From the IMG/VR virus record IMGVR_UViG_3300045988_104133, positions 22,871-86,870 of that record: DNA of 64,000 bases. One strand, given 5' to 3'. Both the position numbers and the translations under genes were made by a program. Source of the DNA: a virus. Below are positions 49,772 through 57,643 of this stretch, piece by piece. A model generated the notes under the pieces. That model ran no database searches. It was not told where the DNA came from and saw nothing but the letters and a program-made list of their open reading frames with translations. The number at the start of each line of letters is the position of its first letter. Positions within the stretch are counted from its first letter, which is position 1.

Positions 49772-50011
49772 ATGAGTGATTTAGAGAAAATCCTGAATGA
49801 CGATTTGCTGAAGTGTAAAATCGTTGAGTCTGTAGAGAATCCTGTTAGGCGTGTGGATCTCATCAAGTGGACGCACGGCAATACATACTCTATTGCAGAG
49901 GTACGCAAGGATACCGGTAAGCTAGAGGTCACAGACTTGAAAGCTGCCAGTGGTCTTGAAGCATACAAGCATTTCTTCAGAAATTATGGAGACATTGCCA
50001 TATGTGGCTAA
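49772..50011 (+). CDS. Hypothetical protein (79 aa)
   Basis: In-frame ATG of track ORF 49640..50011 after the module leader. Confidence 0.65.
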   Translation: MSDLEKILNDDLLKCKIVESVENPVRRVDLIKWTHGNTYSIAEVRKDTGKLEVTDLKAASGLEAYKHFFRNYGDIAICG

Positions 50012-50063
50012 ACCTCCCCACATCATCGTGGGGAACAATTATGAACCATTAAACAGATGAATT

Positions 50064-50603
50064 ATGGAAAATAATATTTGGGAATATGTTATGAACAGCA
50101 AGGGTGAGGTTATCGAGAAAGTAGCCGATTATATCGGTGTGGAAAGCTTCGCCAAGGTGATTGAGAATCTCTATCGCGAATGCCTGGAGGAATTCGATGA
50201 CGCGGAAGACATGAAAGAATACATTGCCGATTTATACGGAAAGAATATCCAGTCTCTTGCGTGGGAGTTTACTCTAGAGGCAAACAAGGAGATGAAGAAA
50301 TATCTCCATAAGGATTCTCAGCATATGGATGGCAATTTCGCCAATCTGTACGAGGACTACCCTAAGCACAGAACAGGTGTTTGGTGGGCATCAGACTACG
50401 ATGGCGATGATTACTACGATTTGTATCCTCAGATGGTAGCCCGACTTGATGCCGCAGAGGACAGCGAACAGGCTAACGAGGATAGAGCATATCTTGAAGA
50501 GTGGTATTTCAAAGCCTTCGGTACGTACAACATCAAGTACAATTTCGGCAATTACCTTGAAGAGGTTCACTCCATGATGGAGGAAGATTACGAGGAAGCC
50601 TAA
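50064..50603 (+). CDS. Acidic hypothetical protein (179 aa)
   Basis: Track ORF with module leader. Confidence 0.75.
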   Translation: MENNIWEYVMNSKGEVIEKVADYIGVESFAKVIENLYRECLEEFDDAEDMKEYIADLYGKNIQSLAWEFTLEANKEMKKYLHKDSQHMDGNFANLYEDYPKHRTGVWWASDYDGDDYYDLYPQMVARLDAAEDSEQANEDRAYLEEWYFKAFGTYNIKYNFGNYLEEVHSMMEEDYEEA

Positions 50604-50657
50604 CAATATCCCCTAGCATGGGGGTATTCAATGTTAAACCATTTAAATGATTAGATT

Positions 50658-51479
50658 ATGAGTTACGAATTTGCAAAGAAGGAAATCGGTGATTACAGAA
50701 TCACCATTTACCAGGATGAGGATGCTGAATCGCCTTGCTCTGCATGGGATTTGGCATGAGTTTACTTCTGGGACTATTCCGACTACGGATACAACAGAGG
50801 TCTGTCTCGTGGTTGCAGCAGCGAAGTTGACGCTAAAAATGCAGATGATGCTTTGAAAGAGCTTGTCTGCAAATATGTGTCACAAAAGAAGATCATCGAC
50901 TACATCAATAGCGAAAATGTCGATAGCTTCCGTATACGTTATGACAAGAGCGAGCACATGTGGTATCTTGAGAATCTGTACAAGGGTGAGTGGTACAACC
51001 ACGAAGAGTTCTGCCCGAGCGACCTGAAGAGATTCGACTATAGAGAGGAGCTTTGTGATATCCTCGAAGAGGACGATTTCACGTATCTTCTGCATGACTG
51101 CAAGGATATTGCATTCTACGAGTGGTCCTCTACTGGCTACAGTCAGGGAGATTATGTTAGCGGATATGCCTACTGCGACAAGAATCGCTTCTCCAAGTAT
51201 TGTGACACTAATACAAAAAACTGGAGAAAGCGAGCCTTGGACTTATTTGAGCATGAGGTTAAGTGCATAGGTCTTTGGATGTGGGGAGATGTCAAGGGAT
51301 TCGTCTTGGAGAAGAAAGTCCATTACAAGAAAGTCTTCACGGAAATAGGTCGTGAGCCGGAGGACGACTACGACTGGGAACAGATTGATTCCTGCTGGGG
51401 AGAGTACTACGAGGACTCTGACGAGCTGATTAAAGTCGCTCTCGAAGAGAATGGAATCAAACTAAAAGAAACAGCCTAA
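50658..51479 (+). pseudogene. Single 273-codon reading frame interrupted by one in-frame TGA (50757..50759); either a nonsense pseudogene or a read-through/recoded gene
   Basis: The module leader is only at 50658. The frame reads MSYEFAKKEIGDYRITIYQDEDAESPCSAWDLA-TGA-VYFWDYSDYGYNRGL... and continues into track ORF 50853..51479, which has no leader and only a TTG start. Confidence 0.6.
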
Positions 51480-51529
51480 CCAAGGGGAGCTTTCATGCTC
51501 CTCTTCTATGAACCAAATTACAGAGAATT

Positions 51530-51790
51530 ATGGGAAAGATTACAATTTCGCAGAAGGGAAGTAGAACTATCTACAGAGTGAACAGAAGAATCGTGTGCTA
51601 TCGTGACGGGCACAAGTATTGTGTGGGCAAGCCATCATCTGGCAGCACCCATATCGAGTTTGATGCCTTGTCCGAGAATATTGCACACGAGAGATGTATT
51701 GAGATTTGTGAGCGTAGAATCAATGCAGAGATGAAGTATCAGAATCCTGTCGCATACAACGCCCACAGAGTATTGAACGCATTAGCCTAA
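51530..51790 (+). CDS. Hypothetical protein (86 aa)
   Basis: Track ORF with module leader. Confidence 0.7.
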   Translation: MGKITISQKGSRTIYRVNRRIVCYRDGHKYCVGKPSSGSTHIEFDALSENIAHERCIEICERRINAEMKYQNPVAYNAHRVLNALA

Positions 51791-51839
51791 AAGATAGCCT
51801 TCGGGCTATCACTATTAACCAATTAAACAAAAGAGAATT

Positions 51840-52166
51840 ATGACAAAAGAAGCTACAAAGGTATTCGATAAGTTTTTCAAGATTCATCGTGACAACGTTG
51901 CAGGTAAGACTATCTGCTTTATCTCACGTGGAGAGTGGTCCGATCCTCAGATTGCGTACAAGGGCTATCTCCTTAACTACTGGGATGTGCTAGAGCTGGC
52001 GTGTCCTGAAGATGCGCCGGATGATTACGAACCAGACGAAACAGAATGGTATGACGCTTGTGTGGATTCTCTATTCGGCTACACAGATTGCGGCTTAAAA
52101 CCTGACAAGTTTGAGCCATCAGACGCTATGAGCGTGACAGGTATCATTAATATCAAGAAGCCTTAA
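51840..52166 (+). CDS. Hypothetical protein (108 aa)
   Basis: Track ORF with module leader. Confidence 0.7.
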   Translation: MTKEATKVFDKFFKIHRDNVAGKTICFISRGEWSDPQIAYKGYLLNYWDVLELACPEDAPDDYEPDETEWYDACVDSLFGYTDCGLKPDKFEPSDAMSVTGIINIKKP

Positions 52167-52216
52167 AAACGGAGGGAGCAATCCCTCTGACATTATTAAC
52201 CAAATTATTAAAGATT

Positions 52217-52447
52217 ATGAAGAGATATTACGTATCAGTCACAGAGACTTTAAACAAGATTGTCAGCGTCGATGCCAAGAGTGAGAAAGATGCGCTTGAA
52301 CAAGTACAAACAGCCTACAATGATTCTGTCATCGTTCTCGATTCCAGCAATTTTGTAAACGAAGAAATAGAGCTTGATTCTAATCAGGAGTTATATGCTG
52401 ACAACGAAAAAGAGCAGGGAGGAGATGTTTATCAGCACATCGACTAG
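52217..52447 (+). CDS. Hypothetical acidic protein (76 aa)
   Basis: Track ORF with module leader. Confidence 0.65.
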   Translation: MKRYYVSVTETLNKIVSVDAKSEKDALEQVQTAYNDSVIVLDSSNFVNEEIELDSNQELYADNEKEQGGDVYQHID

Positions 52448-52495
52448 CCAAACGGGGAGAGCAATCTCCCTACCAATAACCAAAACACAAGAATT

Positions 52496-52864
52496 ATGAA
52501 TGAAGACAGAATCCTAGAGATGTTCTTCGAAAAAGCCAGATGGCAGTATGCTATCGAGAAAGGCTTATTCAAGGACATGAACAAAGCAGTAATGTATCAG
52601 CTTACAACGCCGGAGGCTCGTCTGGCTATGTATCAGAGGATCAAGAGCGGCAATTACAAGATAATGCCGCCACACACAGCGAAGATTCCGAAAGACAACG
52701 GAGATTTCCGTACGGTCTACGTGAATGAAGCTGTAGACAGAATCCTCCTGAGCATCGCCAACGACCTCTTGTTTGAGCTGATGCCAGAGATGGTGCATCC
52801 ACGCTGTCAAGGAAGACAAGGATGGAAAAAAGAAGAAGACATACAAGCATACCTGCAAGGGTAA
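52496..52864 (+). CDS. Reverse-transcriptase-like N-terminal fragment (fingers motifs only, 122 aa)
   Basis: SGNYKIMPPHTAKIPKDNGDFRTVYVNEAVDRILLSIANDLL matches the RT motif 1-2 pattern (G.Y.P...IPK..G..R.....DR..Q). No YxDD region follows. Confidence 0.55.
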   Translation: MNEDRILEMFFEKARWQYAIEKGLFKDMNKAVMYQLTTPEARLAMYQRIKSGNYKIMPPHTAKIPKDNGDFRTVYVNEAVDRILLSIANDLLFELMPEMVHPRCQGRQGWKKEEDIQAYLQG

Positions 52865-52907
52865 TCCTTATATCCGTCTTCAAAACGAAAACATCTTCGT
52901 CGCTGAC

Positions 52908-53309
52908 TTGGAGAGAAAGGTATACAATCCTCTCCGTGACCTTGCCAACAAGATGAGTGCTGTAGAAACCTACAAGGAACTCTACGATGCCGTTCGCAAG
53001 TTCAACAAGAACCGCAAGCATCTCGCATGGGACACCAAGCAGGCAGATGCATTCATTCATGCTTACAAGGGTTCTGGTTCCTACTACACGATGAGAAACC
53101 TCATCATGTTCCATGGAGCAAGATTCATGAAGAACGGACGAAAGATGTCAGAGGCCAATTCTCTGAAAGAGCTTGACTCTAAAGCCAAGCTCTACGATGA
53201 AGAGGGTTGGAAGATGCTCGGTGTACTCAAGCAGCTTATCAAGGACAATAATATCAGCGTCCAGGGCAAGATTCTTGAATGGAAGAAAGCCAAGAGCGAG
53301 AATAAGTAA
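52908..53309 (+). CDS. Hypothetical protein in the frame overlapping the RT-like fragment (133 aa from TTG)
   Basis: This frame is open from 52782 and overlaps the RT-like ORF by 83 nt. No module leader and no ATG before 52953. Confidence 0.45.
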   Translation: MERKVYNPLRDLANKMSAVETYKELYDAVRKFNKNRKHLAWDTKQADAFIHAYKGSGSYYTMRNLIMFHGARFMKNGRKMSEANSLKELDSKAKLYDEEGWKMLGVLKQLIKDNNISVQGKILEWKKAKSENK

Positions 53310-53340
53310 TCATCAGTAAGACGTAAGGTTCGCCGCCTAA

Positions 53341-53476
53341 AGAATGGTGGCCCGGCAGCAATTCACAAGAGCTTCTTCAACGAAGGATCTCCTCCAGTCA
53401 CTACTGGAGGTAATCCTTCGAGCTAAAGCTCTCTAGATCGAACTATTAAAGCAAGGCGCCAGCCGGGAGCCATTCT
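53341..53476 (+). ncRNA. Candidate structured RNA occupying an ORF-less cassette position
   Basis: Closing helix 53341..53356/53462..53476 (7+6 bp). Inner hairpin 53382..53419 (7+8 bp, loop CACT). G+C-rich, followed by a complete junction module. Confidence 0.4.
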
Positions 53477-53541
53477 AGCCCAAAAAAGTCGGTTACTGAT
53501 TCGGTAACCGATTCAAAGTCTAACCAATAAAATTAAGAATT

Positions 53542-53937
53542 ATGAAGGAAATTAATGTAGACACAAGAGAGTATATTAAGGCTCTTATTGACGGGAAGAA
53601 TGTCGTCGAGGAATCACTTCTAGACGCCATCTTTGACGATTCGCAATATCTCACCAATAAGTTTTTTTCATTGGGATTTGTCGGAGGCGCACCTACAATG
53701 ATAGAGTATCACGGAAACTACCTATCTATCAGGAAGCTTCGATCGTGGATTACATCAGAGTGGGGTAGAGAGATTGTCAAACGACTGACTGGCGAATCAA
53801 AAAATAATATATACTATTTCGAGACGAAGCAGTATCTCGACGAACGCCAGGCTGAGCCTTTAATCTATACATTCTTTCTGAGCACAGATTACCTTACTGT
53901 AAGATTTCACTACAATGTAAAAGTAGATGAAGATTAG
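53542..53937 (+). CDS. Hypothetical protein (131 aa)
   Basis: Track ORF with module leader. Confidence 0.7.
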   Translation: MKEINVDTREYIKALIDGKNVVEESLLDAIFDDSQYLTNKFFSLGFVGGAPTMIEYHGNYLSIRKLRSWITSEWGREIVKRLTGESKNNIYYFETKQYLDERQAEPLIYTFFLSTDYLTVRFHYNVKVDED

Positions 53938-53977
53938 CCAAACATGTCAGTCGTTAGCAGCGGCTGACTACTCATAT

Positions 53978-54004
53978 CATAACTAAATTTTGTTTAAATG
54001 GTTC
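53978..54004 (+). other. Inverted (anti-leader) copy of the junction-module leader
   Basis: The reverse complement reads GAACCATTTAAACAAAATTTAGTTATG, followed by a 2-codon ORF. Confidence 0.6.
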
Positions 54005-54007
54005 AAG

Positions 54008-54037
54008 CCGGTCTGTCGTGAGACACGCCGGTTTTTT
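54008..54037 (+). terminator. Intrinsic terminator inside the early array
   Basis: CCGGTCTGTC/GACACGCCGG stem followed by TTTTTT. Confidence 0.7.
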
Positions 54038-54071
54038 GTTCCCCAAGTTTAACCAATTTTAAATTAGAATT

Positions 54072-54776
54072 ATGAGTAGAAATTACTGGACATTAGGTAA
54101 GGAAGGAATGAAGACTCGTTTGTCAAAGGCACAGGCAGCTTACGAGAACGCATTAGAGAACGTCAGCGACTTGCATGTCAAGATCAGCGATGGCAACACA
54201 AAATTGGGAGCTATCCCATCCGTGTCGCTCATTCCGGTCATGGATTGCGGTAACTGTTCAATCTGCTCCAAGAGCTGCTACGACCTGCGCAATGACATGA
54301 TTTACAAGGAGGTCATCAAGACGAGAGCTATCAATTCTGCAATCTACCATGAGGATCCCGAGCGATACTTCAAGGAAATTGATGGGTATCTCGACTACCG
54401 ATTCCCTCGTGCATTCCGATTCCACATCGGTGGTGACATCCAGGATAAATGGTATCTTGACAAGATGTGCGAGATTGCCCGCAAGCATAAGGATACCAAG
54501 TTCCTGGCGTTCACCAAGATGTTCGATGTGTGTAACGAGTATCTCGATGAGGGCAACGTCATTCCAGAGAACATGCACATCTTATTCAGCGGATGGCTTG
54601 GTCTCAAGATGGATAACCGCCACGGATTTCCGGAGGCGCATCCTATCTTCGAGAGCGGTACATCAGCACCGGAAGGGACACGTCTGTGTACCGGAAACTG
54701 CACAGAGTGTCTGAAGGAAGACAGACTATGCTGGTCTATCGGGAAAGGTCAGGCGGTAGGATTCCTTGCACACTAG
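54072..54776 (+). CDS. Cys-cluster protein (234 aa), possibly GP88-like
   Basis: GNTKLGAIPSVSLIPVMDCGNCSICSKSCYD resembles the phage GP88 family as I recall it. Confidence 0.7.
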   Translation: MSRNYWTLGKEGMKTRLSKAQAAYENALENVSDLHVKISDGNTKLGAIPSVSLIPVMDCGNCSICSKSCYDLRNDMIYKEVIKTRAINSAIYHEDPERYFKEIDGYLDYRFPRAFRFHIGGDIQDKWYLDKMCEIARKHKDTKFLAFTKMFDVCNEYLDEGNVIPENMHILFSGWLGLKMDNRHGFPEAHPIFESGTSAPEGTRLCTGNCTECLKEDRLCWSIGKGQAVGFLAH

Positions 54777-54830
54777 CCAAAAGCCCTCTTCGGAGGGTAC
54801 AATGTTTAACCAATTAAAATTTTGTGAATT

Positions 54831-55265
54831 ATGGCAACAGCAAGAAGAGGTACAAGAATGCTCAAAGCTTCTGACATTATGAAAAGAAAGGGAATTGTCC
54901 AGAAACAGATGGACATGGACAAGTTCAACGAGGTTGTAGAGAATTTCTTTATGACCCATGAGCCTAAGGAAACGATTCTCCTAACTCCGAAGAGATTCAT
55001 CGAGATGGATAACCCGCCAGAGGGAGACTTCATTGACTATCTCGATGTCAGCGTTTGGGAGAAGAAGAGTGAGGACCCGGACGACCCGTTCGACTTCATA
55101 GACTATCAGTTCATGAAGAAGAACGGTATGCTCCGTCCTATCCTTATGGTGAACGAGCCTTTCATCGGCAATGCTGCCGGGTGGCTGAGAGATTTTTGTG
55201 GATTCACTGTGAAGAGCAGAACACGAAAGAAGAAGAAGGAATACATCGTGTCTCTGCCGGTGTAA
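54831..55265 (+). CDS. Hypothetical protein (144 aa)
   Basis: Track ORF with module leader. Confidence 0.7.
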   Translation: MATARRGTRMLKASDIMKRKGIVQKQMDMDKFNEVVENFFMTHEPKETILLTPKRFIEMDNPPEGDFIDYLDVSVWEKKSEDPDDPFDFIDYQFMKKNGMLRPILMVNEPFIGNAAGWLRDFCGFTVKSRTRKKKKEYIVSLPV

Positions 55266-55329
55266 AGCCGAACAAGGCGTGGAACAATCCGTTTCACGCT
55301 CCTAGTATTAACCAATTAAAATTAAAGAT

Positions 55330-55902
55330 ATGAATGATTTTTTGAAATTAGCAGAGAATTTAGGATGGAGTTATAATGTTGACGATACACCTAACGAAAG
55401 AGGTGAGGTTTGCGTCGAGTTAGAGAAGTATTCCCCACAAGACCAAGATTTCATCGCCACAATTTGGTTCGAGAATGGCAATAAGTCTGATTTCATGGAT
55501 AAGTTGTATCAATATTATAGCGACTTCGATCCTGACGAGGAAGCCAGTAAATGGATTGGCGAGGATGGACATGGTGCTAACGGCGCGCCATACAAATTAT
55601 CGGATATTTTGCAAGATATGGAGGATTGCAAGGATATGCTACTAGATTTATGGCACGAGTATTTTTACGATGAGTACCCAGAAAATCGTCCAAATGAGAC
55701 CGACGAAGGGAAGCGACTCGCAGGAGAAATCGAGGAGAAATCCGGAAAGTATTACCACTCGTGCTCTCTACAGAATTATCCGAGCGGTAAGTACGGCGTT
55801 ATCATTGATGGCTGTCAGAAGTTTCTATCGGACTGCAAGGAAGAGGCATTAGCCTATATGAAAGGCGTGCTTATGGGCCTTGATATCGAAAGAAAAGACT
55901 AA
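55330..55902 (+). CDS. Acidic hypothetical protein (190 aa)
   Basis: Track ORF with module leader. Confidence 0.75.
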   Translation: MNDFLKLAENLGWSYNVDDTPNERGEVCVELEKYSPQDQDFIATIWFENGNKSDFMDKLYQYYSDFDPDEEASKWIGEDGHGANGAPYKLSDILQDMEDCKDMLLDLWHEYFYDEYPENRPNETDEGKRLAGEIEEKSGKYYHSCSLQNYPSGKYGVIIDGCQKFLSDCKEEALAYMKGVLMGLDIERKD

Positions 55903-55958
55903 GCCAAACAAGCCTGCCGGGAACGGTGGGCATCAAGTTAAACCAAAATATTAAGATT

Positions 55959-56477
55959 ATGAAGAGAAAAGTATTGAAAGACAAGATTGATGAGTTGCGT
56001 TCAACAGCAAAGATGGAACTTGCATGCACCATCCGTGAGATAATGAGAGAGCACAATGTGAGCAGAAAGGTGTTCGATTGGCCTGTACTTGCCGGCGACA
56101 ACAGGGAGGTGAACATCGTAGAAGTAGGCGACAGCGATACAGCTATCCCTATCATTCATAGCCGATGCACTTCTGTAGGGTTTGAGTTTCCGGAAGCAAA
56201 AGCTATCGATGACGATATACCAGTTGACCTTCTTGCAGACATCGCTACTAGTCTGAACGACGAGCTGAACGGCTATATTGGTGTCTATGCTGCAAAGTAT
56301 AAGATTGCCTACAATGATGGAATTTTCATTTCTAAGGAGAATCCTTACGTATTCCGAGCAAAATCATATAAAGATGCATTGGATGAGGCGGAAGACTACA
56401 TGCGTGTGTGGAATGACCATAATGGTTCTACCCTAAGACTCGTATCAGTCGAGAAGCAGACTGCTTCGGAAGGTTAA
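55959..56477 (+). CDS. Hypothetical protein (172 aa)
   Basis: In-frame ATG of track ORF 55926..56477 after the module leader. Confidence 0.7.
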   Translation: MKRKVLKDKIDELRSTAKMELACTIREIMREHNVSRKVFDWPVLAGDNREVNIVEVGDSDTAIPIIHSRCTSVGFEFPEAKAIDDDIPVDLLADIATSLNDELNGYIGVYAAKYKIAYNDGIFISKENPYVFRAKSYKDALDEAEDYMRVWNDHNGSTLRLVSVEKQTASEG

Positions 56478-56560
56478 ATTAGCGTTAAAAACGGCAAAGA
56501 CGATGGTTTATATTATAAACTTTTCGTATCTTTGCCACTAGTAACCAAAATATTAGAATT

Positions 56561-57580
56561 ATGACAGAAGAAATAAGAATCAAGACAAGAGATTGGGAGA
56601 GACTTCTGAGCTACACTCAGCAGCAGAAGTACAAGACTGCCATCAAGCAGGGTTGGTTCGCCAATTATCACAGCAACGCCTGGAGGCATGACACGTTCTA
56701 TGGCGCATACATCTGGAAATACCCGAAGCTTATTAAGGTTGTAAGGATGTTCGAAGAGATGCTTGGACATAAGCCATTATGGGAAGACATCACCGACGAC
56801 AATCTGCGCGACCTCTTCGAGAAGATCCAGGAGAACTACGCTCCTAACTCGGCAAGAACCGTATGTGCAACCATCAAGGCTGTGATACGTGAGAATGATG
56901 CTACCAGGGAAATTCCTAGTCCTACGTTCGGCAGAATACTTAGAGCGAAGGCTGTACCGGTCCAGTCTGTATATCTCTCTGATGAGGAGATAAACAGAAT
57001 CATAAAGTACAACCCTCACGGGAAAACAAAAAGATATGTTCAGAGAATGTTTATCATGGAATGTCTCTGTGGCGCACGTTACAGCGACTGCCAGAGAATG
57101 ACGGAAGAGAACATAGATGATACCGGACACTTCCTCGTCTATGTTACTCAGAAAACAAAGACCGAGGTAAGGGTTCCACTTCACAAGAAGCTCCGTAAGT
57201 TCCTCGTATGCGGTACTGGTGACGAGCCTCTTCCGGGTGAGATAGGTGAAAGGACGTTCAATAGAGCACTCCGCGAAATCTGTCGTGACTGCGGAATAGA
57301 TACGAATACAAAAGTGTTCAAAGCTGGAAAGGAAGAGACTGGAAAGAAGTATCGGTTCGTCTCATCCCATACCGGCAGACGCTCGTTCGCAACGAATCTC
57401 TCAAAGAAGGGAGTGCCTCTTGAGCAGATTGCCGTCATGATGGGACATACCAGTAACGGTATGCCTAATATACAGATGACACAGCGCTACATTGTCGGTA
57501 AGACCGAGATTGACAGCAATACACTGAGATTGTTCGGCGTCTATGAAGAAGACCTCGATAACGGTCTAGATGAGGATTAA
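56561..57580 (+). CDS. Tyrosine recombinase embedded in the early array (339 aa)
   Basis: Catalytic pattern GARYSD ... HTGRRSFAT ... MMGHT ... TQRYI. Module leader upstream. Confidence 0.85.
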   Translation: MTEEIRIKTRDWERLLSYTQQQKYKTAIKQGWFANYHSNAWRHDTFYGAYIWKYPKLIKVVRMFEEMLGHKPLWEDITDDNLRDLFEKIQENYAPNSARTVCATIKAVIRENDATREIPSPTFGRILRAKAVPVQSVYLSDEEINRIIKYNPHGKTKRYVQRMFIMECLCGARYSDCQRMTEENIDDTGHFLVYVTQKTKTEVRVPLHKKLRKFLVCGTGDEPLPGEIGERTFNRALREICRDCGIDTNTKVFKAGKEETGKKYRFVSSHTGRRSFATNLSKKGVPLEQIAVMMGHTSNGMPNIQMTQRYIVGKTEIDSNTLRLFGVYEEDLDNGLDED

Positions 57581-57643
57581 GCTAAAACTGGAGGTGGTTA
57601 GCTGCCATCTCCTGCCATTGTTTAACCAATTAAAATAATGAAT

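Noticed and set aside
52496-53540. Diversity-generating retroelement (RT plus template repeat plus variable repeat in a tail protein)
   Set aside because: The RT-like ORF lacks the catalytic palm. I could not find any second copy of the 53341..53476 segment or any adenine-mismatched repeat pair in the fibre or 8760..10046 genes by eye. A repeat search would be needed to exclude it fully.
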